A stretch of DNA of 64,000 nucleotides, from positions 96,001 to 160,000 of the IMG/VR virus record IMGVR_UViG_3300009082_000016, one strand, 5' to 3'. Position numbers and translations under genes: made by a program. This document shows, piece by piece, positions 9,798 to 19,897 of this stretch. This DNA comes from a virus. Positions within the stretch are counted from its first letter, which is position 1. Every line of letters starts with the position of its first letter. The notes beneath the pieces were generated by a model. The model did no database searches. It saw only the letters and a list, made by a program, of their open reading frames with translations, and was not told the origin of the DNA.

Positions 9798-9983
9798 CAG
9801 GGTTCCCCTTTCCGGGCTGTTTGGGCCCGAGGTTGAGAATACGGATGCGCGGGAAGTCCGAAAGCGGTCCGGGAGACGGGAAGATTCCCAGCAGGCGCAT
9901 GTCGTCCAGCAGCTGAAAGCAGTCCTTCAGCCGCAGCGGGAAGCGGTGTTCGTCCACCACGAGTACCAGGCGTGTTCTGCTCA

Positions 9984-10316
9984 TCACGTTCCGCCTTCGA
10001 AGACATGGTAGACCAGCATGGACGGCATCCCCAACAGCGGACCGATGTTCGGATCCGACGGGGTGAAGAACGTGCCGATGTACCGGCCGAGCTCGTAGTC
10101 GACCTTCCACCCGGTCCCCACGACCCGGAACGTCCGCTTCTCCCTGAGAGGATGCGGCTCGCCGGCGGCATCGAGAGGGATGAGCGCCCAGAGGCACGCC
10201 TCGCCGGTCACGAAGCTGACCGTCAGCGGGTCCGCCCCCCTGGGCATCTCGATCTGGCACAGGCCCCGGTCATCCGGCGAAGGCCTGAGCGGGTACTTCC
10301 AGACCGCATTCTTCAT
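9984..10316 (-). CDS. conserved phage hypothetical protein
   Basis: VWKYPL...IEMPRGA..L.V......LWA...FRVVGTG...YIGT...LVYHVFE, a common phage family. Confidence 0.65.
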   Translation of the reverse strand: MKNAVWKYPLRPSPDDRGLCQIEMPRGADPLTVSFVTGEACLWALIPLDAAGEPHPLREKRTFRVVGTGWKVDYELGRYIGTFFTPSDPNIGPLLGMPSMLVYHVFEGGT

Positions 10317-10502
10317 CTGTCACCTCCTCCTTGGCTGGTAGCTGCAGGAGCTCAGCAGTACTAACACCAGCGTCAGCATCTTCGTCACGGCCCACCGTCC
10401 CTTCCCCGGTCGCAGCCCAGCAGCCTGTACTCCATCGCCGCGTTGCACTCCGGACACTCGGCGCACTTGCAGATCTCCGGTGCCGTTCCCTGCGCCTCCC
10501 AA

Positions 10503-10817
10503 TCACAGCTTCTTCCCCTTCGGCGGGGTGACCTTCCCGCCCAGCGCCTCGATGATCTGCTGCGACCGCACGCGCAACCACCGCAGGCACACCGCGCGTG
10601 CCCCGCGCATGGTGCGCCGGAAGCCGCCAGGCCCGCCCGCGATGTCGAAGTGGAACGTCTCCGGCTGCCCGGTCGACGGAACCCCGCGCAGGCGCGTGAT
10701 CTTGGCAAGCCACTCCGTATCGCGGGGCCACGGCCGGCGCGGGAAGACCAGTTCGAGCCGGGAGCGCCACGGCTTCCCGTCGTCATCCAGGTCGTCCTTC
10801 CAACGGAGGGTGCTCAC
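10503..10817 (-). CDS. hypothetical protein
   Basis: 104-aa ORF with GTGA coupling. Confidence 0.5.
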   Translation of the reverse strand: MSTLRWKDDLDDDGKPWRSRLELVFPRRPWPRDTEWLAKITRLRGVPSTGQPETFHFDIAGGPGGFRRTMRGARAVCLRWLRVRSQQIIEALGGKVTPPKGKKL

Positions 10818-11233
10818 GATCGCTCCTTCACCACGTCCGCGATCATCATCACGAAGTTCGCCACGTCGGCGGCCTCCTCGATGACATCCGCGGCGAGCCG
10901 GCGGATCCTGTCCCCCGAGCAGAAGTCCCTCTTCGCCATCCAGCTGTCCAGCGCATTTCGCAGCTCAACCAGCTCCTCGTGCGCCCGGCCCAGCAGCCAC
11001 CACGTGCTGCAAGTCTTCCAGCCGCCCTTCTCGTTGTTCTCGCGGAGCTTCCGCTCCATGATCTTCGCGAACTCGAGCACCTCGGGGCGCAGCGCGTCTT
11101 CGACCCAACAGCCGTCGGCGGACTCCTCCTCCTGCCACCGCTTCGTATTCTCCCGGATGTCGGAGACGATCCTGGCGGCCTCAGAGTCGGCGTACTCCAG
11201 CTTCGGGTAGTCGAACACCACCAGTACCTTCAT
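10814..11233 (-). CDS. MazG-like nucleotide pyrophosphohydrolase
   Basis: FAKIMERKL..N..KGGW...EELVEL...EEAADVANFVMMIAD. Confidence 0.65.
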   Translation of the reverse strand: MKVLVVFDYPKLEYADSEAARIVSDIRENTKRWQEEESADGCWVEDALRPEVLEFAKIMERKLRENNEKGGWKTCSTWWLLGRAHEELVELRNALDSWMAKRDFCSGDRIRRLAADVIEEAADVANFVMMIADVVKERS

Positions 11234-12309
11234 CGCTTCCTCCTCACGACAAGAGCCGCCGCAGCTGCTCCTGCGCCTCTTCGATCAGCTTCCGCGCACC
11301 ATCGAGCAATGCCTGCGGGGCGCTCAGCTCCACGAAGCGGGCAAGACGTCCCTCCCGCACCTCCAGCAGCCAACGCCACCGCTCTTCGAAAGTCTCGCAC
11401 GAGGGCTCGCACTGCTTGAGGCAGTCCAGGCACGGACCAGGGCAGGGGCCGGCCCGGTCGAGGTAGTCGTAACCAACCTCGCTGGTCTTCATGCTGGCTT
11501 CCGCTTCCGCCAACGGGTCACGACCCAGTCCGCGGCCAGAAAGATGGTGAACAGGGCACCGAACCCCAGGGCGGTCAGCACACGGACCTGCGATGTCGTC
11601 ATCCCACGGGCTCCTTCACCAAGATCGCACCGTTCCAGTCGCCTGACGGGTAGTGGTACGGTCCGATCTGCACCGGGTGGCCACCGAGGAGCACCACGTC
11701 ACCCTCGCGCAGGAACGGAGAATCGTGGTGATCTGCTCGCGCCTGGTCGCCTTCCTGCTTCCCCGCCTCGGGCTCCACGCCCCTGGCGTGGCCCTCCAAC
11801 ACCTCAACGCGGGCGGCGAGGTCCGTGACGCGCTTCGCCATGCGGTCAACCTCGGCCGTCGCGTTCGCACACAACGCCTCGTGGCGCTCCACCTCTGCGG
11901 CGAGCGGCGAACCGGAGACGATGGTGGCAAACGGGCAGTCCTCGCCGTGCTTGTGCCAGCAGTTCGGTGGCGCCTCCAGGTCACCAGTCAGCACAAACAC
12001 CATTCCGCAATAGGAGTACCCGCTGCGCTTGCTGTCGCTCCCCGCCGGGCACCCCGCGTGACACTTGCCGTTCTCATCGGCCTTCCAGGTCATCTCCTCT
12101 CCTCGCTTTCCCCGCATCCTCGCCACTCCAGGCGCACGACGGGTCGAACGGCCACCTCCTTGAGGTTCCTGATCTTGTCGTTGCCGTAGGGCCGCCGGCA
12201 GCTTCCCCTTCGGCACCGTCATCTGCCGGGCGCCGCGAGAAGTGCAGGTGGAAGTCCCAGCCCCATGCACCCTCCACGCGCCCCGGATCCTCGCCCCAAC
12301 GCCAGCGCA

Positions 12310-12882
12310 TCACTTCCTCCCGCGTCGGAGCAGCTCGATCAGGATGCCCGCGATGTTCCAGGCGTCGTCTCCGCCCCGGTGGTGCGTACCCTCCAGCGGC
12401 AGGCCCAGGCGCTTGAGCGCCTCGTCCATTCCGACTTCCCGGTCCCACCCGAGCATCAGCGCACACAGGTTCTTCACGTTGATGTGCCGGGGGCCGAACG
12501 GATACTCCGCCCCCCACTTCGACTTGGCCTTGGTATGCCACGTCTGCTTGTCGAACATCTTGCGGTCGTAGTCACCGTAGCTGGCCCAGGTGATGTTCTT
12601 CGATCCGAGCGCACGCAGGTCGTTGCAGACGGCAGCGAACGGGCCACCATCGCGGTCGAGCAGCTCCTGCGTCAGCGTCGTCAGCTTCGTGCAGAACGGA
12701 CTGACCTTCGACACGACAGGCTTGACGAGGTAGGTGCCGTGTACCTCCGGCTTCAGGTCTGACGTACGCAGGACGCAGAACCCGACCTCGATGATCTCGC
12801 TCTCCTGACCGGACGGTGGATCACCCTCCCAGCAGGTGGATTCCACGTCCACGACCAGCACCCGGTTCAGCTTGATCGGCAT
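12310..12882 (-). CDS. DEDDh 3'-5' exonuclease (ERI-1/KapD-like)
   Basis: VVDVESTCW, EIIEVG, WGDYD-like (YGDYD), GTHHRGGDDAWNIA. Confidence 0.9.
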   Translation of the reverse strand: MPIKLNRVLVVDVESTCWEGDPPSGQESEIIEVGFCVLRTSDLKPEVHGTYLVKPVVSKVSPFCTKLTTLTQELLDRDGGPFAAVCNDLRALGSKNITWASYGDYDRKMFDKQTWHTKAKSKWGAEYPFGPRHINVKNLCALMLGWDREVGMDEALKRLGLPLEGTHHRGGDDAWNIAGILIELLRRGRK

Positions 12883-13122
12883 CAGAACTCCATCACCTGC
12901 TCCAGCACGCGATCGACAGCTCGTCCAGGGTGTTCGCCATCCGCCGCAGGTCCTTCGACGAGAGGACACAGCCGAGACCCTGGTCCAGGGCCAGGTGCCC
13001 GTCGGTCAACTCGCCGCGGACGTCACCGATGAACGCCTTCGCCTTCTCCCGGCTGTCCGCCACGACGTAGTCCAGGAAGAGTTCGTCGTCGCTCGAATCC
13101 GCCGAGACCACGAGGTACTTCT

Positions 13123-13461
13123 TCACCGATCCTCCAGGAAACCCCAATAGAAGCGGGGCCAGTGCTGGAACGTCAGCGTCCCCCGCTTGCCATCCGAGCG
13201 CCGGCGCACAACGACGTAGGGGGCCATGAACCCCTCGACCTCGAAATCGCGCTGCATCTCGGTGACGTCCCAGACCTGGTCGTGCTCCTTCTCGAGCGCC
13301 TCCCGCTGGGCCTGCTTCGCGTTGATCTCGTCGACCGCCTTCATCCGGGCGTCCTCCGAGGTGTCCTGCCCCGTGCTGACGGGGTCCGGGTTGAAGTTGA
13401 TGACCTCCACGTTGGGGCCGAACACCTTCTTCAGCTGTTCTCCGAGCTTGCTGTTGTTCAT
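13123..13461 (-). CDS. conserved hypothetical protein
   Basis: DFEVEGFMAPYVVVRRRSDGKRGTLTFQHWPRFYWGF motif. Confidence 0.65.
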   Translation of the reverse strand: MNNSKLGEQLKKVFGPNVEVINFNPDPVSTGQDTSEDARMKAVDEINAKQAQREALEKEHDQVWDVTEMQRDFEVEGFMAPYVVVRRRSDGKRGTLTFQHWPRFYWGFLEDR

Positions 13462-13787
13462 CCCTTCCTCCCTTGGGGGGTGCCGGTGTGGCGCCCCTTC
13501 AACGACGCGAAGTACTTGCCTGCCTTGTTGACCGCCGTCTCCAAGTGCCGACATGCTCTCTCCCCCCAGCGAATCCGCTCCGCCAGGCGCTCCTTTCGCG
13601 GCACCTCCACGTCGGACCAGGGCGGCAGCGTGTTCAGGGCCTTCTGCGCCCGGATGCCGTCCAGCACGCCGACCGCCTGATCGGCCATCTCCTGCAGGAT
13701 CAGCCGTAGGAAAACGAGGTCGGTTTCGGGGGAAGTCGGAAGAGGCAGCTCCGCAATGTTGGGGGGGTCATCGTCGTCCCGCATCAC
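13458..13787 (-). CDS. hypothetical protein
   Basis: 109-aa ORF, coupled both sides. Confidence 0.5.
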   Translation of the reverse strand: MMRDDDDPPNIAELPLPTSPETDLVFLRLILQEMADQAVGVLDGIRAQKALNTLPPWSDVEVPRKERLAERIRWGERACRHLETAVNKAGKYFASLKGRHTGTPQGRKG

Positions 13788-14285
13788 GTCTCCTCGTCCA
13801 GGGGCAGGATGGCGTAGTTGGCCACGAAGGCCACTTCCCGTTTCGCTCGCTCGAGCTGCTGGATCACCTTGGACTGGGCCTTCATGAACATGATCCGATG
13901 GTTGCTCTCGACGACTTCCACCGTCTCCAGGTACCAGGTGTGGTCCATGCGACCAACGGCGATCTCCACCCGCCGCTTCCGGCCGCGCATCAACCCGCCT
14001 TCACCTTCCGGTGGGACTTCTTGACACCACCCTTCGGCTTCACCGGAATCCTGGCCACGTGTCGGAAACGCTTGTAGCTCGTCTCGATACGCCACCGCGT
14101 CCTTGTCCCGACCTTCCCGTAGGGCTGGAGCGGGTCGGGAACGACGCACGACGCCTCGCCATGGTCGGCATCCTCTTCACCAGACCCACTCGCACCCCAG
14201 CAGAACGCCTTGAGCGGCACGCCGTTGTACCAGTGCTTCTTGCGCCCGCATACGGGGCAAGGACCGATCACGTCGTCGTACTTCT

Positions 14286-14507
14286 TCATCCCGTCTCCTT
14301 CTTGCCCTTCTCCTGGAACGCACCGACCGTGCCGGCGTGGTTGCATTCCTGGCAGATGATGCCGGACTTGTCGTCCCACTCGACCTCGTGGAACTCATCC
14401 GCCCCGTCGTCGTGGAAGTTGAACCACGCCACGCCGCGGATACGGAAGTACTTCTCCTGCCCGCATTCGGGGCAGCGGATTCCTGCCAGGCAGTTGGTGT
14501 TCGGCAT
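14286..14507 (-). CDS. small Zn-ribbon protein
   Basis: NTNCLAGIRCPECG...ICQECNH. Confidence 0.6.
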   Translation of the reverse strand: MPNTNCLAGIRCPECGQEKYFRIRGVAWFNFHDDGADEFHEVEWDDKSGIICQECNHAGTVGAFQEKGKKETG

Positions 14508-16337
14508 CAGCCCTCCTCCACGCTAGAACCGCCATCCATTGCGGACGCAGTTTTCAAGATGCTTCACCTGCGCGTTGAGGATCTCCACGCGGGCAGACAG
14601 ACACAACACGCCGACCCCCAGCAGGATGACGGCCAGCGTCACGGCTTGCCCTCCACCGGGAACAGCGCGTCAGTCGCATCCGGCCACGTCTGATCGCACA
14701 CCTTGCGCGGCGTGTTCCATGCACACTGGTCGCCCTCACCGTAGATGCTCGTTCCGTTCGAGGCACGTTCGCAGCAATAGAGAACGCGGGCTTCGTCGAG
14801 CTCACGCATCGTGGCCTTGCACTTCGTCTCCCACTCCATCGAGGCGTTCGACCTGAGAACGCAGAGTTGCCGCGATTGCGAAAGATCGGCTTCCGCCTTC
14901 TGACGCAGCGTTTCTTCGATGCACAGTTTCTCGTGATCTTCTCTGAGCGATGCGGACAACTCGTCGCGCTCACGCTCGGCCTTCTCGGCGCGGGCAGTGG
15001 CGGCGTGGTACTCGTTGCGGAACGTGTCCCTGTAGCTCCGCATCTCGTCCCTCTCGGCAAACGCACCGAGCGCCTCTTGCTCGATGCCGGCGAGCCGCGA
15101 CACCTCGGCACGGAGGGCTTCGCAGGTGTCACACAGGTCCGCCACCGACACTGGCAACACCGCACCGCCAGCGCCTAGCGCGTTGCACGACACGTTGCCC
15201 ATCATGTTGCGGGCTGCTCGCACGAGTTCTTTCGTCAGCGTGGTCACCAGTCCATCTCCTCTTCCATCTCCACGACCTCCTCCACGATCTCTTCCTCGTC
15301 GTCCTCGATTCTGGTCCAACCGTATGCGTACACAGGCCACCCGCTGAAGAACACCCAGGTCATGAACTCGCCATTCCACGCGCCGGCCACGCTCGTCACC
15401 ATACCAAGCCACGTCAGCACCCAGAACGACACCGATCTTGCCAGCGCACTACCGAAGACCCAAGTCGGCAGCGTCATCGGGCCACCCGCAACTGCTTGCA
15501 GTCCGCCGCGCTCTCTGCCGCATCTTTGTCCCCGAACATTGCATTGTAGTTCAGCCAGTCGCAGTAGTGATCCTTCCACGTTGCGATGTTCGGATCGACC
15601 AGAACGCAGACAGGGCATGTCGCCCAGCCAGCCTCCCCGCTCCATTCGTGACCGCACGCACGGCAGCGATACCGCGCAGCCATTTTCACTTCGCCACCTT
15701 GGTTCGTTCCTTCGTCAGCGCGGTCATCGGCCCTACCCCTTCTCTCCCAGGTCCCGCCGGATGACAATCCGCTCCAGCCGATGGCAGGGCTTGCAGCGGA
15801 CGTAGTACGCCCGCCCCACGAGCGTCTTCCGCTTGTACTCGCAGCTCAGGCACCACTTCGTGCCCGTGAGCAGGACGCAGTCGCCGGTGTCCTTGAACAG
15901 CGGGCACTTCGTCGAGCAGTGCCGGTCACCCAGCGTCCGGATCCGAACCCCGTCGATCAGCCGGTTCCGCGCTCTCGTCGAGGGAGATCTCCCCATACTG
16001 GAGCGCGAGGAAATGGTAGTCGCACGACCGGCAGAACGCCCCCCTCTCGGTGATGTACGTTTCATGTCCCGTCTCCCTTCGATGCTGAGCGGCATCTTCC
16101 TTCGCGTCCCGCAGGCTGCCGAAGTCAGTGCCCATCAGACCTCGGACCCCACGCCGCCCTGGCGCTTCGACCCGGACTCAGGCACGACCACGGTCTGCAA
16201 CTGCGGCTCCGGCGGCACGGGGAGCCTTCCCGTACCGCCACATCGCGGGCAGACCGTCATCGACAGGACATCGTCACCCGACTCGTCCTCCAGCTTCCCT
16301 GCCCCGTCACAGATGTCGCAAGTCACCCAGTACTGGC

Positions 16338-16856
16338 TCACGGTTCCCTCCTGCAGGCCCTCTCGGCCTTGGCATTCTGGATCGCACGCTCCCACCCCCG
16401 GCGCCGGCCGATGTGCGGCGGGTCCGCGTAGTACCCCAGCTTCTCCTCCTTCGCCGTGAGCAACGCCCACTCCGCGTAGCGCGGATCGCCCTTCCCGATC
16501 ATCAGCTCCTTGCGGTGAAGGATGCTGGGGTTCTCCTGGGCCTCGCGGTGGAACTTCTTCCTCCCCGTCGCCAGGTTGTAGATCGTCGAGTGCAACAGGG
16601 CCGGGTGGGAGTGGTCGACAAACCGCGGGTACCACAGGAAGCTGACGATCGGCTGGTGCAGGTGGATCTTCAGCACGTTCCAAGGCGGGCTTGGCTCGGG
16701 CAGCGCCAGCTTCAACGCCCCCGTCACGTAGAACCGCAACTCGGTGGGCAGCCGCGGGATCGACAGCCGGTGGACGTAGAGCGCGTTGCCCGTGCTCTTC
16801 CCCACCTCGGACCGCCGGGATGCGGCCCGGAGGGCAGCCAGGTCGAGGTGTGCCAT
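16338..16856 (-). CDS. stand-alone domain resembling the C-terminal repeat of DNA-phosphorothioation-associated putative methyltransferases
   Basis: VGK...ALYVH...VSFLWYP.F....HPAL..S...ENPSILHRKELM...Y.EWA.LT..EE..G...IG.R.GW. Confidence 0.6.
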   Translation of the reverse strand: MAHLDLAALRAASRRSEVGKSTGNALYVHRLSIPRLPTELRFYVTGALKLALPEPSPPWNVLKIHLHQPIVSFLWYPRFVDHSHPALLHSTIYNLATGRKKFHREAQENPSILHRKELMIGKGDPRYAEWALLTAKEEKLGYYADPPHIGRRRGWERAIQNAKAERACRREP

Positions 16857-16859
16857 CCG

Positions 16860-17258
16860 CTACTTCTCCGGAAGCTCGAGCCAGCGATGGCAGTGGTTCT
16901 CGACCCAGGTCTCAAACAGGTACCGTTGTGGATCGTCCACCCCGGGCCAGCCCCACGAGGTGATCTCGGCCAGCCGCTTCTCGAGCGACTGGATCTCGTT
17001 CGAGTGCCGGGACATCTCGAGGTGGAAGAACCGGGTCAGCACCTGCCGCTGACCGTTCTCCTGCATTGAGTCCAACCGCTTCAGGTCGTCCACGATGCCC
17101 ACGATGTCCCGCCGATGGGCGCGGATCTGGTGGCGGCACAGCCAGTACTCCAACGCCCGCGGGATCCAATCGGCCATCGTCTGGTCCAGCGGGACACGCC
17201 CGGCAGCCTCACGGACCAGCTCAGCGTAGCGAATCGTCTTCCGTGGCTTCGTGCTCAC
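16860..17258 (-). CDS. hypothetical protein
   Basis: 132-aa ORF. Confidence 0.5.
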   Translation of the reverse strand: MSTKPRKTIRYAELVREAAGRVPLDQTMADWIPRALEYWLCRHQIRAHRRDIVGIVDDLKRLDSMQENGQRQVLTRFFHLEMSRHSNEIQSLEKRLAEITSWGWPGVDDPQRYLFETWVENHCHRWLELPEK

Positions 17259-18124
17259 TTCACCTTCTCCGTTTCCTCCCCCGTCTCCTTTTCCGTCGCC
17301 TTCAACCGCTCGCGGGCCAGCTCGCGCATCCTGTTCGACAGCGCCCCCTGGTCCGGCGTCGACACCTCATAGGGCAGCCAGTCGCGCTCGATGCGCTTGC
17401 GGAACGACGACCACGTCTCCCGCGTGTACCAGTTGCGCCCCAGCGCCCAGATGCCACCCGGCAGCGTGGTCGTCGGCGTGCTGCCCAGATCGAGGCTGCC
17501 GGCGATGCCAAGCACCACATCGATCGACGCGGCACGCATCTTCACCAGCGTGGTGTCGAGGCAGTGGATCTCCGGGTCGTGGGCTTCGCACTGCTCGGGC
17601 GTCGCCCGCACGTAGTACGCCCGGCACGACGTCGGGCGGGCCTCGTAGATCGAGCACTTCCCATCCTGGAGGAACAGGCAGGGCACCCGCCGCTCGTACC
17701 ACTCGGTGTGCGACACCTTCGCCTGCTCGTCGTGCCGTTGCCGGCACTGCTCCAGGAAGTCGCGCTTGAGCAGGTTGTGGTAGTCCAGGTACGCCGTGGC
17801 GATCAGCGCGTCGAGCGGGGAGACCACCACGGGGATGGTGCAGCAGCTGCCCGTGTGGCAGTCCTTGCAGGCCGGCTTGATGCCCTCCTTCTCGGCCGCT
17901 TCGAGAATCTTCGCGACCAGCTCATCGACGCCCTCGAGCATCACGATCGCCATGGACATCATCTTCCGGAAGGTGAGCGGCCCGCTCTTCCGGACTTCCT
18001 GGACCCCCTTCCGGACGGTCTTGTCCATCCGCTCGAGCTCCTCCTTGGCAATCGCGTCGAGAGTTGCTTGCTCCAATCCCATCCCGAAAACCTCCTCTTG
18101 GTCTGCTCCACCCGCGGATACCAT
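17255..18124 (-). CDS. YkgJ-family Cys-cluster protein
   Basis: ACKDCHTGSCC...CLFLQDGKCSIYEARPTSCRAY. Confidence 0.85.
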   Translation of the reverse strand: MVSAGGADQEEVFGMGLEQATLDAIAKEELERMDKTVRKGVQEVRKSGPLTFRKMMSMAIVMLEGVDELVAKILEAAEKEGIKPACKDCHTGSCCTIPVVVSPLDALIATAYLDYHNLLKRDFLEQCRQRHDEQAKVSHTEWYERRVPCLFLQDGKCSIYEARPTSCRAYYVRATPEQCEAHDPEIHCLDTTLVKMRAASIDVVLGIAGSLDLGSTPTTTLPGGIWALGRNWYTRETWSSFRKRIERDWLPYEVSTPDQGALSNRMRELARERLKATEKETGEETEKVK

Positions 18125-18128
18125 GGCT

Positions 18129-18701
18129 CTACCACTTCTTCCGGGGATCGGCCTTGAGGCCCGTCATCCCGAAGATTCCGTGGGCCTGCACCGTTTGCGG
18201 ACACCAGCGGGTACTGCCCGGTGCCCCAATCGAATCGATCTGCTGGGTGTGGAGCACCCAATGCTGTTCCAGACGCTCGGCGGACACCGTAGTTCTGCAT
18301 CGCACACAGCAACACGGCCGCATCAAGGTAACCGGCGTCAACAGCTGATGCAACCCGGCGTTGTAGAACTCCTGACTGGAGTGCCGAAGTTCCTTGTCGA
18401 TCCCGTCCGACAGGCCCTTTCTTGCCGCCGCCAACGACGCCTCCCCGTCGTCTCTCCCCCCCGTGCGAGCTCCGGAAGTCAGCCCACTTCTTCTTGCCGC
18501 CCAGACGGACAGCAGCTGCAGTCTTCCTACCGCTCGACGCGCAACGACGGCATAGCGACCAGCCCTGCTAAACCTGGTCGCCTCGCGACAGCACCACTCC
18601 ACGGCCGACACGGACCCGTAAACCGTTTCCACCATCGTGTCCGCCGACAGCTGCTGGGTCACCTGCACCAGTCCGTCCTCCCTGGCTTCCTCCGGAGTCA
18701 T
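18129..18701 (-). CDS. hypothetical protein
   Basis: 190-aa ORF, atypical codon usage. Confidence 0.4.
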   Translation of the reverse strand: MTPEEAREDGLVQVTQQLSADTMVETVYGSVSAVEWCCREATRFSRAGRYAVVARRAVGRLQLLSVWAARRSGLTSGARTGGRDDGEASLAAARKGLSDGIDKELRHSSQEFYNAGLHQLLTPVTLMRPCCCVRCRTTVSAERLEQHWVLHTQQIDSIGAPGSTRWCPQTVQAHGIFGMTGLKADPRKKW

Positions 18702-18705
18702 GCTC

Positions 18706-19068
18706 TCACCAGGGCTTCCCGGAGCGGCACACCTTCCTTCTATCCCACGGGCGCATGCCGGGCAAGAACTCGGCCCAGGCCACCCGCGGCGGCGCCACGT
18801 GCTTCATGTCGAATGGCGCCTTGCCGATGCGCCGGTCGACCTGCCGCAGGATGCGGGCGATCGTCTCGCGGCTGACGCCCACCATCCGCGCCACCCGACT
18901 CGCCGTCAAGCCGAACATGTAGACGGTGCGGAACACGAACTGCTCCCGCGGCGGCATCGAACAGAGCGCGGCGCAGAGCCCCACCTGGAACTCGAGGGGC
19001 ATGTTCTGGACCCACGGGGCGAGGGAACCACGCCGGCCGCGCTGCTTGGCGCCAAACATGTTCGTCAT
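18706..19068 (-). CDS. sigma-70 region-4-like HTH protein
   Basis: ALCSMPPREQFVF....FGLTASRVARMVGVSRETIARILRQ. Confidence 0.7.
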   Translation of the reverse strand: MTNMFGAKQRGRRGSLAPWVQNMPLEFQVGLCAALCSMPPREQFVFRTVYMFGLTASRVARMVGVSRETIARILRQVDRRIGKAPFDMKHVAPPRVAWAEFLPGMRPWDRRKVCRSGKPW

Positions 19069-19430
19069 CCTCCACCTGCCAGCTTCTTCCCCTCTTCGCA
19101 GTCGCAGAGGATGTCGTTGGAGATGTGCCCCGTGTCGAGGCACTTCTCGCACTCCATGATCAGGAACTCCTTCCGGCCCCTCACGTCGGCGAGGTAGTCG
19201 GTGACCGCGTCCAGGAAGTTGGTCAGCCCCTCCATGCAGTCGTCATCGTCCTTGCTGAACTGGATCAGCTCCGGCCCCGGCGTCCCGTACTCCACGCCCC
19301 GGGCCATCTGGGCGCGGCGGAACCGGCCCGATAGCTCCAGCAGGCAGAGCCGCTGCTTCTTCCAGAGCTCAGGGTCGAGCTTCTTGAGAATGTCCTCGAT
19401 GGTCGCGAATCCAAGATCTCCACAAGCCAT
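19065..19430 (-). CDS. hypothetical protein
   Basis: 121-aa ORF with AAAGGAG SD; C-terminal CxxC..CxC. Confidence 0.6.
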   Translation of the reverse strand: MACGDLGFATIEDILKKLDPELWKKQRLCLLELSGRFRRAQMARGVEYGTPGPELIQFSKDDDDCMEGLTNFLDAVTDYLADVRGRKEFLIMECEKCLDTGHISNDILCDCEEGKKLAGGG

Positions 19431-19448
19431 GTGCTTCTCCTTTCCTAT

Positions 19449-19892
19449 GGTGGCTTCCAGCAGGGACCGGCCGAAGCCGATCCCTGCGACCTGGTGGCGT
19501 CAGTCAGAGGCTAGTCCGATTCCTGTCGCAGCTAGCCGTAACGATCCAGGGCATGCCGGAGTCCCACGTCAGCGGGCCCCTGCTGGAAACCACCTTCTGG
19601 ATCACAGGAGGGACCGGCCGAAGCCGATCCCGCATCCGAGACGCTAACCTTGCTAGCACGGCCACGCCTAAACGTGACTAGTGGAGCCCGTACCAGCCTT
19701 GCCGGAGTCCCACGTCAGCGGGCCCCTCCTGTGATCCAGAACGTCCCCTCCCCGAGGGACCGGCCGAGGTCTAAACCACGGTCGGTCCCGCGGGCTTGCC
19801 GGAACTAGGCGGGCCACACCTGCCCTTGCCTTGTTGAGGCCTTCCCCGAGATGCCGGAGTCCCGCATCAGCGGGCCCCTCGGGGAGGGGACG
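19449..19892 (-). ncRNA. array of three structured RNA units (19449-19594, 19595-19741, 19742-19892), putative guide RNAs for the adjacent RAMP-like protein
   Basis: Each unit has a unit-specific ~14-17 bp closing inverted repeat, conserved GGGGCCCGCTGAYGYGGGACTCC, a 66-73 nt variable pentamer-periodic core and a GGGAYCG...CGGTCCC hairpin (cUUCGg loop in two units); G-U wobbles favour the minus strand. Confidence 0.8.
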
Positions 19893-19897
19893 TCGAT

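Noticed and set aside
19560-19880. Hammerhead ribozyme (CUGAYG in the 5' hairpin)
   Set aside because: Lacks the CUGANGA...GAAA core
19449-19892. Canonical CRISPR array or TIGR array
   Set aside because: No 23-47 nt repeat/spacer alternation, no cas1/cas2/cas6, and no paired box C/D motifs with short dual spacers
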